From a bacterium (GTDB taxonomy: Archaea > Thermoplasmatota > E2 > JACPAO01 > JAHFTW01), in contig JAZJZE010000001.1 of assembly GCA_040390065.1 (NCBI GenBank), forward strand, positions 186,068 to 250,067: 64,000 nucleotides of DNA, in the 5' to 3' direction. This document shows positions 29,531 to 39,251 of this stretch, piece by piece; position 1 is the first letter of the stretch; the number at the start of each line of letters is the position of its first letter. The position numbers and the translations under genes are program-made. The notes under the pieces were generated by a model, which was given only the letters and a program-made list of their open reading frames with translations, was not told the DNA's origin and did no database searches.

Positions 29531-30556
29531 ATGATGGTCCGTGCCCTTTTCGTCGCCGTCCTGCTCGTCGTCCTTGCGGGCTGCTCCACGCCCGCGCCCG
29601 GCCCGGACCCGGCCCCGCCCCCTGCTCCGGCGGCCGCCCCGACGCCCGTGCACGTCATCGCGCCGCCTGCGGCAAAGAACCTGGACTGGGGGACCGTGAA
29701 GGCCAAGCTGTCCGGCCACGCCGGCGACTGGTTCGTCGGCTACCAGGACCTCAACCTCAGTTCCGACCACCTCTCGTGGAGCGCCGAGTTCCACGCCTCG
29801 GCCACGAACAGCACGGGTGGCCCGGTGACCCTGTTCGCGTGGGCGCCATCGCTTCTCTATTCCTTCGGCAAGGACCGCAGCGTCCAGAACGCGCCCTTCA
29901 ACGGCCACGTGATGCAGCACTCCGCGACGGGGCACGCCAGCATCGATTACGTGATTCCCGGTGCCGGCTCCGGTCTGGGCGGCGAAGACCCGCAATTCGT
30001 CGGCGTCCTGTTCGCGGTGGCCGCCGACGGCCCGTGGAACGCGACCGTTTCCTTCTCGGTCGGCGACGGTCCGGATGTCGGCCCGCGCTTCACGCTGCAG
30101 GGCACCGGAGCGTCCATCCATTTCGGCGGCACACACTTGGCGCAATTGCCGACGGCGCCCGTCGGCCAGACGACGTTGGACGCCGACATCGCAACGAGTG
30201 GCTGGACGCACATCGAAGTCGTCCGGGCCCCGCTCGAGCCGGACGAAGTGCGCGACTACGACTTCAAGCTCGCCAACGGGTACGCCATGACGGGGCCGGC
30301 GTACGGCGAGGGCTACTTCGTGCCCATGGTGGGCGGCAGCGCCGGGACGGGGGCACTCGACGGCTTCGGCAGCCTCCGCGACGGCCCGGGGAAACTGCAT
30401 GCCGCGTTGACGTACGCGGAGACCGACCTGGGGGCGGAACTGGCGTACTGCCACATGCCGCTGCCGAGCCCGATGCCCGAGTATCTCGGCGACGGCAACT
30501 ACACTGCGTTCAACTGGCCATTCCCCGAAGGTCTGCCCCCAGTCGCCAACCCGTAG
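29531..30556 (+). CDS. lipoprotein, unknown function
   Basis: Hydrophobic leader, LAGC lipobox, Pro/Ala linker, beta-rich body. Confidence 0.8.
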   Translation: MMVRALFVAVLLVVLAGCSTPAPGPDPAPPPAPAAAPTPVHVIAPPAAKNLDWGTVKAKLSGHAGDWFVGYQDLNLSSDHLSWSAEFHASATNSTGGPVTLFAWAPSLLYSFGKDRSVQNAPFNGHVMQHSATGHASIDYVIPGAGSGLGGEDPQFVGVLFAVAADGPWNATVSFSVGDGPDVGPRFTLQGTGASIHFGGTHLAQLPTAPVGQTTLDADIATSGWTHIEVVRAPLEPDEVRDYDFKLANGYAMTGPAYGEGYFVPMVGGSAGTGALDGFGSLRDGPGKLHAALTYAETDLGAELAYCHMPLPSPMPEYLGDGNYTAFNWPFPEGLPPVANP

Positions 30557-30978
30557 CACAGGACGGCTGCCGCGACGACGAGCGTCAGGTGGAAGCCCAC
30601 GACGATGACCAAGAGGCCGTCCATGTTGAGGCCGTTGACGTAGTGCAGGTTGTCGTGGATCCACCAGTTGCCGAGCATCCAGGCGGCGCTTGCGTACTGC
30701 GCCACGGCCATGGGCCGCGACGGCCAGGTGCGGCGCACGGCGGGCCAAGCGAACGCCAGGAATGCGACCGCCAAGCCAAGGGCCGCGGCTTCGGCCAGTC
30801 CGACGCCAGCCGCGACGACGAGGGCGGCGCCCTGCGGTCGACTGCCCGCCATCGCGCCCTGCCACGGCCACACGTGCCACCAACCGCCAGCGGGTGAGCC
30901 GGCGCTCCACAGGAAGGCCGGCACTGCGACGCTTGCGGCAAGGATGGCGGCTTCGGCCGAGCGGCGCATCGTCGTCAC
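30499..30978 (-). CDS. membrane protein (WxxGNWWxHDNLH motif)
   Basis: About 4 TM segments; start overlaps the upstream lipoprotein stop; 58-bp convergent overlap with 29531-30556. Confidence 0.65.
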   Translation of the reverse strand: MTTMRRSAEAAILAASVAVPAFLWSAGSPAGGWWHVWPWQGAMAGSRPQGAALVVAAGVGLAEAAALGLAVAFLAFAWPAVRRTWPSRPMAVAQYASAAWMLGNWWIHDNLHYVNGLNMDGLLVIVVGFHLTLVVAAAVLCYGLATGGRPSGNGQLNAV

Positions 30979-31496
30979 GACCTCGTTCCGACCAGGTCAA
31001 GCACGCCCGTCACGGAGACGAGTTCGCTCGTGCCCGACGCAGCATCGAGCTCCGGCTGCCAGGCGTCAAGTTCCAGGCTGGCCCCGGGCAGGGTCGTGGT
31101 GTTGGACATGAGCCGTAGCGGCAGCGGGCCATCGGCCATGGCGATGACCTTCGTGGGGCATGTCTTCTCGCTCAGGCAAAGGAGTTCGGCGTGCACCTTG
31201 AAGGTCGAGCCGACGCCGGAGAAGTAGCGGATCGTGAGGTCGGTGCCGACGAGGGCCTGGCTTTCGTTGAGGCCGATCTCCAACAGGCGCCCGTCGCCGT
31301 TGAAGAAACAGGAGCTGGCGACACAGCGGCCGGGGCCGGGAAGGTTGCCTGCCTCGTCGACGGCCTGCGTGGTCGACACGTCGGACGGTACGGAAGCGGC
31401 GGCGGGTGGGGCGGTTTCCGGCGGCGCGGCGGGGGCCGAGCATCCGGCGAAGGTGGCCAGAATCAGGCAGACTGCAGGGGCGGCAAGGAAGCGCAT
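30975..31496 (-). CDS. lipoprotein, unknown function
   Basis: FAGC lipobox and two Cys pairs. Confidence 0.7.
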   Translation of the reverse strand: MRFLAAPAVCLILATFAGCSAPAAPPETAPPAAASVPSDVSTTQAVDEAGNLPGPGRCVASSCFFNGDGRLLEIGLNESQALVGTDLTIRYFSGVGSTFKVHAELLCLSEKTCPTKVIAMADGPLPLRLMSNTTTLPGASLELDAWQPELDAASGTSELVSVTGVLDLVGTRS

Positions 31497-31553
31497 GGTG
31501 GACGGAACGAAAACGGGCCGGGCGCACGGATAAGTTGTTTGGCGGCCGTGTCG

Positions 31554-33962
31554 TCATTCCGGCAGGACGTAGCGCCGCACCTGGATGAACCGGCGGCCCA
31601 GCCAACTCGACTTGCGCTTCCCAGGGACGCCGCCGCTGCGCACGATGAGCACGTTCCCCGCGACGCGATCCGTGATCTCCTGCGTCTTCGGCCCGAGCAG
31701 TCCCTTGCTCCACAACTTCGGCGGTGCGCTTGCCCCCACGACGACGAGGTCGTAGCCGCGCGACTTGTCGAGGACTTTGCGTACCGGCTGACCCGCCTCG
31801 GAACCGACTTCACTGGGGACTCCGGCTACGGCGCTTGCGCCGAGCTGTTGTTGGCCCCAAGCGGCAAACTCCTCGGCCGTCTCCGTTCCCTTGAGGACGT
31901 GGAAGAGGGTGACCTTGCCGCCGCTACCGCGTGCAAGGGCCGTGGCGAGCCGGATGCCAAGGGGCGCCGACGGCGTGCGCGCACCGGCCACGAGGACTCG
32001 GCGCGCCGTCAGTTCTGGCGTCTTGAGGCGCAGCACGGCGACGTCGCATGGCGGGTACGCCAAGAGCGGGCTCGTCGGCTGGCCGACCGTCAGGCGCGCC
32101 TGGCCACTCATGAGCAGGAGCGTCGCGCCTTCTTCGGCGACCACTTCGCGGACGAGGGCGTCGAGGCTGTGGCCGATGCGCACCAGCATCGAGGACGGGA
32201 CGTCGGCGGGCACCGCGGCCCGTGCTTGCTGGATGAGCGAGCGGTCACGGTAGAACGCCTGGCCTTCGGAAAGCGGCGTGACCTCGGGGACGAGGATGGG
32301 ATGCAGGAGGACGACTTCGCCTTCGATGGCTTGGGCGATGAGGCCGCCGGCCTTGGCAAGTCCGCGCGCCGTGCTCGGGGCAGGGCTCGACAGGAGCACG
32401 AGGATGCGGGTCGCGCGGCGCGGTCCTGCACTCGCCATGGGCAGCGGGGCGGCAAGCGGCACGAGCGGCGGAAGCGGTTCGGGTTCGCGGCGCTTGACCC
32501 AGAAGAAGTACACCATCATGCCGATGGCGATCCAAAGTCCCGTCACGTACCACGCGACTTGGCTGTACTTCCACAGGTAGATAGCGAGGAAGAATTTCGT
32601 GAAAATGCCGATCATTGGCAGGTACGGGAAGAAGGGCGCGCGCTTGCCGAAGCGCTCGGCGGGGATGACCTTGCGCAGTTTGATGTAACTCGTGTTGACG
32701 AGAAGGAACAGGAGCAGGAACATGACGTCCGCCGCCGTCGCCACCGTTTCGATGGGCAAGAGCGCCATGGTGAGGATGAGGACCCCCGAGCCGAGCACGG
32801 CGTAATGCGGTGTACGCCGCGTCTTGTGGATGCGGCCGAAGACGCGCGGCAGGTCGCCGAGACGGCCCATGGCAAACGACACGCGCGAACTGGAGTAGAT
32901 GGTGGCGTTGAGCGCCGTGATCTGCAGGAGCAGTGCCGCGCCCGTGATGACGATGGTGCCGTACGGGATGATCTGGTCGGCCACCTTGAGAAGACCGAGT
33001 TCCTTCTGCGCCCCGATGAAGCTCCAGGCTTGGCCCACCGGAGCGCGCGTGCCCGCGAGCGCGATGAATGCGATCAGGAGCATGATCGCCCAGACCACGA
33101 GGAAGCTGTACCAGTGCGCCCGCGGTACGTTGCGGCGGGGATTCTGGATCTCCTCGCCCGTCTGCGCGATGATCTCGTAGCCTTCGAACGCGATGAACAT
33201 GATACCCATCGAGAGGAAGACGTTCGACAGGTTCGTGAGCGTGCTGGAGTCCTTGAAGAAGGGCGTCAGGTTTGTCTTGGCAAGCGCCGGGTTGCTCCAG
33301 ATGTGCCACAACCCGGCGCCGATGAACACGGTCACGGCGACGAGGACGAGGCTGTTGATGACGTTCTCCGCCTTGATGCCGATCTTGACGCCGAGATAGT
33401 TGAGAAGCAGGAACAGGCCGGCGACGAAGAGGGCCAGACCACGAACCAGCGCGGCGTTGTCCCCGTGTGCAAATCCTGCCATCTGGACGAGGAGGAAGAT
33501 GAACGCCGCGCTGGCCAGCGCGTACAGGCTGCAGGCGATGACGTGGCTGAACCAGCCCAGCCAGCCGCCGAGAAATCCAAGCGACCTCCCGAGCGCTTGC
33601 CGCACCCACAAGTAGCCGCCGCCGGCGTCGTCGGAGACGGCACCGAGGTCCGCGTAGACCATCAGCGTGGGGATGGTGACGAAGCCGTTCAGGATCAGCG
33701 CGAGGATGACGCCGTTGCCGGAGACGCTGGAGGCAAGGCCGAGCAGGACGAAGACGCCGCCGCCCATGAGTGCCCCGATACCCATGAGGGTCGCATCGGC
33801 CAACGTGATCTCGCGCGCCAGCCGGACTTCGCCGCCCTTGGCCTCGACCTTCGCGTCCGGTGTCGGTGGCACGGCCAATGCGGGCGGCAGGTCGCCGGCG
33901 GGCGTCGGCGGCCACCTCGGCGCAGCGCCGTCCGACTCAGGAGAGGGTCCGGCGGCGTCCAC
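31554..33962 (-). CDS. APC-family amino acid permease fused to tandem universal-stress-like domains
   Basis: GIGALMGGGVF, AFEGYEIIAQTGEEIQNPRRN, about 12 TM; C-terminal YDLVVVGAS...LLG...VLIVR. Confidence 0.9.
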   Translation of the reverse strand: MDAAGPSPESDGAAPRWPPTPAGDLPPALAVPPTPDAKVEAKGGEVRLAREITLADATLMGIGALMGGGVFVLLGLASSVSGNGVILALILNGFVTIPTLMVYADLGAVSDDAGGGYLWVRQALGRSLGFLGGWLGWFSHVIACSLYALASAAFIFLLVQMAGFAHGDNAALVRGLALFVAGLFLLLNYLGVKIGIKAENVINSLVLVAVTVFIGAGLWHIWSNPALAKTNLTPFFKDSSTLTNLSNVFLSMGIMFIAFEGYEIIAQTGEEIQNPRRNVPRAHWYSFLVVWAIMLLIAFIALAGTRAPVGQAWSFIGAQKELGLLKVADQIIPYGTIVITGAALLLQITALNATIYSSSRVSFAMGRLGDLPRVFGRIHKTRRTPHYAVLGSGVLILTMALLPIETVATAADVMFLLLFLLVNTSYIKLRKVIPAERFGKRAPFFPYLPMIGIFTKFFLAIYLWKYSQVAWYVTGLWIAIGMMVYFFWVKRREPEPLPPLVPLAAPLPMASAGPRRATRILVLLSSPAPSTARGLAKAGGLIAQAIEGEVVLLHPILVPEVTPLSEGQAFYRDRSLIQQARAAVPADVPSSMLVRIGHSLDALVREVVAEEGATLLLMSGQARLTVGQPTSPLLAYPPCDVAVLRLKTPELTARRVLVAGARTPSAPLGIRLATALARGSGGKVTLFHVLKGTETAEEFAAWGQQQLGASAVAGVPSEVGSEAGQPVRKVLDKSRGYDLVVVGASAPPKLWSKGLLGPKTQEITDRVAGNVLIVRSGGVPGKRKSSWLGRRFIQVRRYVLPE

Positions 33963-34072
33963 CGCCGCGGCGAGATGCCGGACTCACTTCAGCCCTTTGG
34001 TAGCGCTCCAGGAGAGGCGTCGAGCGCCCGTGAGCCCGGCCGCTTGGCCGCGTCGTGCCTTGGGGCAGGCGG

Positions 34073-34345
34073 TCACGACGTAATGGTCAGGTCCGTCGGG
34101 CAGTTGCCGACGCCGTAGATGTACAGCGTCGAGCACACGCGGACGCGCGGGCCGTGGGGCTGCACGCAGGCGCCGGCGCCCTGAAGGCCGAAGCCGACGA
34201 CGGCGCAGATGCCTTGGGAACCGTAATCCCCGCCGCATGCAGCGACCGTGTTGGGGTTGCCGACGCAGACGGGTTTGGCATCCGTCGCCGGGACGATGGA
34301 CAGTGCGGCAAGGAGGAGGGCGGCGACGGCGAGCAGGGTCTTCAT
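34073..34345 (-). CDS. small secreted Cys-rich protein
   Basis: MKTLLAVAALLLAALSIVPATDA signal peptide; 6 Cys in the roughly 67-aa mature part. Confidence 0.7.
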   Translation of the reverse strand: MKTLLAVAALLLAALSIVPATDAKPVCVGNPNTVAACGGDYGSQGICAVVGFGLQGAGACVQPHGPRVRVCSTLYIYGVGNCPTDLTITS

Positions 34346-34554
34346 GGACGGAATCCTGGCCCATTCGGGCCGCGGCGGCATGGGGCGTGCGGCTCTTAAT
34401 GCGCGCGGCGGCGCCTGCGGGCACCCGTCGAGGAGGGCGTCTCGATGCGCTGTCCATGATGTCCACGCGCGGCACGAGTCGGCATTCCACCTGGCGGGGG
34501 TCCGGAGGACGGGCGTCTGGCCTGGGCGGTCGCCGTGCGACCGCCCCGTCCGCT

Positions 34555-34765
34555 AGGGGGTCTTAGGGGGCGCGCAGCGCCCCCTAGTGCCCTCGCGACG
34601 ACCGAAATGGGTACAGTCGGCGGGCGAGCGGCCGAGCGAAGCCCGCCGCACATACCCATTTCGGATGCGGGAAATCGGATTTGAACCGATGAACCACAAA
34701 TGCTTGCCCCCGAAGGGGCTCCGCCCCTTTCGAAACCCCGAGGGCGGCTTCGCTTCGCTCAGCCA
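34555..34765. repeat. cluster of REP-like hairpins with a copy of the tRNA-Leu 3' end
   Basis: TAGGGGGCGC/GCGCCCCCTA, CCGAAATGGGTA/TACCCATTTCGG, GGCT-tcgcttcgctc-AGCC; 34666-34700 matches 34791-34825 at 34 of 35 nt. Confidence 0.7.
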
Positions 34766-34790
34766 CCCCATCGTCCCGACCCGTCATGAG

Positions 34791-34874
34791 TGCGGGAGAT
34801 CGGATTTGAACCGATGAACCACAAAGGACTAGCCCCTCAAGCTAGCGCCGTTGACCAGGCTTGGCAACTCCCGC
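34791..34874 (-). tRNA. tRNA-Leu (GAG)
   Basis: GCGGGAG/CTCCCGC acceptor stem, anticodon arm CTAGC-TTGAGGG-GCTAG, long variable arm, GGTTCAAATCC T loop. Confidence 0.95.
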
Positions 34875-35028
34875 ATGGGGACGGGTCGGGGCGTGTGAAC
34901 GGGAATTTTGGCAACTCCCGCGGGTGGATGGAAAGAGGTTGGGGAAAAGGGCGGGCCGCCCCGGCAGCGGCCCAGGCGGCACCTTGCGGCGCACGCCACG
35001 CCGCAGACGCCGAAGCGTCCGCGGCTGA

Positions 35029-35111
35029 CGCGAGGGGTGAGATTTGAACTCACGCGGGAAAATCCCACCGCCTTAGCAGGGCGGCGCGCTACCGGGCTAT
35101 GCGACCCCCGC
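35029..35111 (-). tRNA. tRNA-Ser (GCT)
   Basis: Anticodon arm CCGCC-CTGCTAA-GGCGG, variable arm GGGATTTTCCC, GTTCAAATC T loop, G discriminator. Confidence 0.93.
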
Positions 35112-35180
35112 ATTCCGGCACGATCAAGCGCGCCGTCAGCGTTGCGGCCGACTTGAGGGTGCCATTTAATGGTTTAGGGG

Positions 35181-35897
35181 TCAGGCGCGGGGGCCAAGGC
35201 GGGACAGCGCCGGCACCCGGACGCGGCTCGCAAGCATGACTGCGGCTGGGTTGGCTTCCCTGCGAAGATTGGCGCCATCCGGCCAAACCTTTGCCTTGCG
35301 GGCCGCAATCTTGGGCCCGATGTGTCGGGTGCGGTAGGCCAAGGCGACCGTCTGGAACGTGTGGTAGACCCAGGGCCCGTCCGGATTCTCGAGCTTGGAT
35401 TCGTCCAGGGCGGCCTGAATGAATGGCTCGAAGTTGTTGTACCACATGACGATGGGCCAGCCATAGAGTTGATCCGTTGGATTCTCGTGGATGATGCCCT
35501 TCTGCAATGCTACGGCCACAATTTCCAGGTGGTTCAGGATGATGTTCAGGTCTTCCGCCGCGTTGACGTCATGAGCGAAGAGGGCGTCAAGATAGCCCCT
35601 GGTGTACTTGGCGTTGGCGTCGTAGAGTACCGTCTTGCGGAAGCGCTGACGCTTGTCGGCAATCTCGCCATCGTTCCACCGGCTTGCAAGGTCGATGGTC
35701 GTCTTGTTGCGGTTCCATTCGTCGAGCTTCAACCCCACGATGATGGTCCCATACGCCAAGAAAACCGTCGACTCGACCAGAAGCGCCGTCGTGAACGCGG
35801 CGTCTTCCGGGAAGGCGAAACGAAGTCCGTACCCGGCGGCCCCGGCAACCGCGAAGACGAGGGCGAGGTGCAAGGCGTTGGCAATCCAGCGACGCAT
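35181..35897 (-). CDS. membrane-anchored protein, DUF4760-like
   Basis: Two N-terminal TM segments, then TIDLASRWN...ILNHLEIVAVALQKGII; visibly more AT-rich than its neighbours. Confidence 0.6.
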   Translation of the reverse strand: MRRWIANALHLALVFAVAGAAGYGLRFAFPEDAAFTTALLVESTVFLAYGTIIVGLKLDEWNRNKTTIDLASRWNDGEIADKRQRFRKTVLYDANAKYTRGYLDALFAHDVNAAEDLNIILNHLEIVAVALQKGIIHENPTDQLYGWPIVMWYNNFEPFIQAALDESKLENPDGPWVYHTFQTVALAYRTRHIGPKIAARKAKVWPDGANLRREANPAAVMLASRVRVPALSRLGPRA

Positions 35898-35909
35898 CGC
35901 CAGCCCTCC

Positions 35910-36335
35910 TCAGGCCTGGTTTCTTGCCAGTCGCAATCCGCTGCGTCCCTTCATCGAGTTGCCTGGTTCGGCCCACAGCCTTGGGTCGGGGGCGCCGAAC
36001 GTGACTGTGTACAGTTCGACGGTGCGCTGGAACTGGGCGTGCATGCCGGCGCCGGTCGCGTCGGGGATGTGGTCGATGAACTCGCCGAACACGGCGGCGC
36101 ACCACTGCCGGTAGAGTGGGGTGTCGAGCACCGCTTGGTGCCAGAATTCGTCGACGACCTTGGACGGCGACAGCGACTCGTCCGGGTGGTTGAAGCAGAG
36201 CGCCGCGAACCGGCGAAATTCTTGCTCGACCGCGGCCGCGTCGCGTTCGCCCGATTTGGCGATGCGCTGCGTGACGGGGCTGAGGTCGAAGGACCAAATG
36301 GCCTGTGAGCCGGAGAGCGGGGGCATGTGTTGCAC
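35910..36335 (-). CDS. glycine-rich-domain-protein (GRDP)-like protein
   Basis: EFRRFAAL...PSKVVDEFWHQAVLDTPLYRQWC...FGEFIDHIP. Confidence 0.75.
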   Translation of the reverse strand: MQHMPPLSGSQAIWSFDLSPVTQRIAKSGERDAAAVEQEFRRFAALCFNHPDESLSPSKVVDEFWHQAVLDTPLYRQWCAAVFGEFIDHIPDATGAGMHAQFQRTVELYTVTFGAPDPRLWAEPGNSMKGRSGLRLARNQA

Positions 36336-36384
36336 CTTCGCTTGGGAGTCGGGGCGGCGCTAGTTAAGGTTCCCGGACGGCGGC

Positions 36385-37176
36385 CTACGTCATTCTCCTG
36401 AACCGCCAAACCGCAAGCGGCGCAAACACGGCGATAATTCCCAAGCACCACAGGATGGCGATCCACCACGCGTCGCCGGCTGGCGTGCCTAGGGACCAGG
36501 CGCGTACGGCGTTGGTTCCCTGACTGACGGGTTGGCCGCCGGCGAAGCCCCGCAGCCAGTCGGGCATGGTCGTCGTGGGCACGAAGATGCTGCTCATGAA
36601 GACGAGCGGGAACACCCAGGTGAAGCCGACCATTTCGGCGGCTTGAGCGTTCTTCACGATGATGCCAAGAGTCGCAGCGATGCACGAGAAAGCAAGGGAG
36701 AAGAGGATGCTGAGGCCGACGGCGCAGAGGGCCCCGATGGCGTCGCCGTGGAAGCGGTAGCCGACGGCGAAGCCGACGCCGACCATGATGAACATGGCGA
36801 CGACGTTCCACAACGTGTCGGTCAGGACGCGGGCCACGAGGACGGTGCCGCGCGTGATGGGCAGCGAGCGGAAGCGGTCCATGACGCCTTTCTGCACGTC
36901 CTCGGCGATCTTGATGCCGGTGCCGGTCGCGCCGAAGATGACGGTCTGCAGGACGATGCCCGGGATGGCGTAGTCGGCGTAGGAGCCGTTCTGGGTGGTG
37001 GGTCCGATGGCGCCGCCGAAGACGAAGACGAACAGAAGCGTGAACATGATGGGCTGGATGACGGTGTACACGATGAGCTGGGGGACGCGGACGTAGTGCA
37101 GCAGGTTGCGCCGCGTCATCAGCATGGCATCCGCCGCCGCCCAGCCGGCGCGGCGCATCAGGCTCGCTTCGCTCAT
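36385..37176 (-). CDS. ABC-2 transporter permease (DrrB-like)
   Basis: QPIMFTLLFVFVFGGAI, GVMDRFRSLPI, TMPDWL. Confidence 0.92.
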   Translation of the reverse strand: MSEASLMRRAGWAAADAMLMTRRNLLHYVRVPQLIVYTVIQPIMFTLLFVFVFGGAIGPTTQNGSYADYAIPGIVLQTVIFGATGTGIKIAEDVQKGVMDRFRSLPITRGTVLVARVLTDTLWNVVAMFIMVGVGFAVGYRFHGDAIGALCAVGLSILFSLAFSCIAATLGIIVKNAQAAEMVGFTWVFPLVFMSSIFVPTTTMPDWLRGFAGGQPVSQGTNAVRAWSLGTPAGDAWWIAILWCLGIIAVFAPLAVWRFRRMT

Positions 37177-38159
37177 GGGCCGGCCCCCTTTGGCGTGCGG
37201 CCTTTTCTCCCGGACTTGACCGTCTCGTCGATGGCGGCGTGACCGGTGATGGCAAGGAACACGTCGTCGAGGGTGGGGTGGCGAAGCGACACGTCGAGGG
37301 CTTCCACTTTGGCCTTGTCGAGGAGGCGCACGGCGTCGGTGAGCGTGCTGGTCCCCTTCTTCGCCGGCAGGGACAGCCGCAGGCGGGAGGGGTCGGCTTT
37401 GGGGGACAAGGAGGTCAGTGCAGCCGTGCCGGACTTCATCGCCTTGGCATCCGCAAAGGTGACCTCGACGACGTCGCCGCCGACGCGGGCCTTGAGTTCG
37501 GCGCTCGTGCCTTGCGCGATGACGCGGCCGAGGTCGACGACGGCGATGCGGTCGGCGATGCGGTCGGCTTCCTCGAGGTACTGCGTGGTCAGTAGGATGG
37601 TCTTGCCGCGGCGGCGCAGGTCCTCGATGATGCCCCACATGGCCAGGCGCGACGGCGGGTCGAGACCGGTTGTCGGTTCATCGAGGAAGATGACGTCAGG
37701 GTCGCCAATCAGGCCGGCCGCGAGGTCGAGCCGCCGCCGCATGCCGCCGGAGTACGTGCGGGCGGGGCGGTCGGCGGCCTCCTCGAGGTCGAAGCGGCGC
37801 AGCAGGTCGGCGGCGTTCGCCTTGGCCTGGGCCTTGGGCTGGTGGTAGAGACGGGCGACCAGGATGAGGTTCTCGCGGCCGGTCAGGTTTTCGTCGACGG
37901 CGGCGGATTGGCCGGCAAGTCCGATGATGCGGCGGAGGGCGGCGGGCGAGTGGCGCACGTCGTGGCCTGCGACGATGGCGGTGCCGGAATCGAAGCGAAG
38001 CAACGTCGTCAGGATGCGCACCAGGGTCGTCTTGCCGGCGCCGTTTGGCCCGAGAAGGCCGAGGACCGTGCCCTGTTCGACCACGAGGTCGACGCCGCGG
38101 AGTGCTTCCACCTTGCCGAAGGATTTCTTGACAGCCTTGACGTCGATGGCGGAGGGCAC
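37173..38159 (-). CDS. ABC transporter ATP-binding protein (DrrA-like)
   Basis: GPNGAGKTT, YSGGMRRRLDLA, FLDEPTTGLDP. Confidence 0.95.
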   Translation of the reverse strand: MPSAIDVKAVKKSFGKVEALRGVDLVVEQGTVLGLLGPNGAGKTTLVRILTTLLRFDSGTAIVAGHDVRHSPAALRRIIGLAGQSAAVDENLTGRENLILVARLYHQPKAQAKANAADLLRRFDLEEAADRPARTYSGGMRRRLDLAAGLIGDPDVIFLDEPTTGLDPPSRLAMWGIIEDLRRRGKTILLTTQYLEEADRIADRIAVVDLGRVIAQGTSAELKARVGGDVVEVTFADAKAMKSGTAALTSLSPKADPSRLRLSLPAKKGTSTLTDAVRLLDKAKVEALDVSLRHPTLDDVFLAITGHAAIDETVKSGRKGRTPKGAGP

Positions 38160-38216
38160 ACGGCGGCGACAGCCGAAACGTGGAAAGGCGTTGCCCCGCG
38201 GGCAGTGAAACCTTCC

Positions 38217-39251
38217 CTAGCCCCGTACCATTGGCTGGCCCGGCATGTCGTGCGGCGCCAGCGGGGCCCGCAGCGAGCCATCCCGCAGCCCCACGACGAC
38301 TTGGCCGATGGCCTGTGCATCGATGCCGTAGTGGCGGTACAGTTCCTTCGGGTCGCCGCTTTGCGTAAATCCGTCTTGCACGCCGACGCGCCAGAGTTTC
38401 GCGGGCACGCCTTCGCCGCTCAGACACTCGGCGACGGCGGAGCCGAGGCCGTTGTGGATGAAGTGGTCCTCGGCCGACACGACGAAGCCCGTCTCGCGCC
38501 CGGCCTTGGCGATGAGCGTGCGGTCGATGGGCTTGACGCTGCCCATCGCGATGACGCGAACGCCGAGCCCCTTGGCCTTGAGCGCCTTGGCGGCGTCGAG
38601 GGCTTCCGTGACTTGCGGGCCGTTGGCGATGATGCTCGCGTCGTCGCCTTCGTGCAGGACATGGCCCTTGCCCCACTGGAACTCGTAGTCCTCGGGAAAG
38701 ATGACTGGTACCGCGGCACGCGTCGAGCGCATGTAGGCCGGGCCGCGGCGGAGGTACATCGCCAGCACGGCGCTGCGGGCTTCGACTGCGTCACACGGGG
38801 CGACGACTCCCATCGTTGGGAGCGTGCGGAAGACGCCGACGTCCTCGAGGGCGTGCGCCGAGCTGCCGTCTTGTCCCGTCATGAGTCCGCCATGCGAGCC
38901 GCAGAACTTGACGTTCAGGTTCTGGCGCGCGACACAGTTGCGGATCTGCTCCCAGCCGCGCTGCAGGAAAATCGCGAAGGAACTTGCGAACGGGACCTTT
39001 CCCATGTGGGCGAGTCCCGCCGCCGTGACGACCATGTCCTGCTCGCTGATGCCCATCTGGTAGAAGCGGTGGGGGAACTCCTTGGCGAACCAGTGGCTGC
39101 GCGTTGATTCTGCGAGGTCGGCGTCGAGGGCGACCACTTCGGCGTGCGTTTGGCCGAGGCGCAGAAGGCCGCGGCCGTAACCGTCCCGGACGGAGATCTT
39201 CTCGCCAATCTGCCAGCGCGCCGGCTGCATCGTGGCCACGGGGGCGGACAT
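38217..39251 (-). CDS. transketolase, C-terminal subunit
   Basis: LDADLAEST, MGISEQDM, GQDGSSAHALED, SVKPID, AEDHFIHNGLGSAV. Confidence 0.93.
   Translation of the reverse strand: MSAPVATMQPARWQIGEKISVRDGYGRGLLRLGQTHAEVVALDADLAESTRSHWFAKEFPHRFYQMGISEQDMVVTAAGLAHMGKVPFASSFAIFLQRGWEQIRNCVARQNLNVKFCGSHGGLMTGQDGSSAHALEDVGVFRTLPTMGVVAPCDAVEARSAVLAMYLRRGPAYMRSTRAAVPVIFPEDYEFQWGKGHVLHEGDDASIIANGPQVTEALDAAKALKAKGLGVRVIAMGSVKPIDRTLIAKAGRETGFVVSAEDHFIHNGLGSAVAECLSGEGVPAKLWRVGVQDGFTQSGDPKELYRHYGIDAQAIGQVVVGLRDGSLRAPLAPHDMPGQPMVRG

Noticed and set aside
31191-34118. 975-aa plus-strand ORF
   Set aside because: Antisense shadow of the APC permease; long stop-free antisense frames are expected at this GC content.
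34666-34874. Prophage or integrative island at tRNA-Leu
   Set aside because: The att-like copies are only about 90 bp apart and there is no integrase; kept only as a repeat finding.
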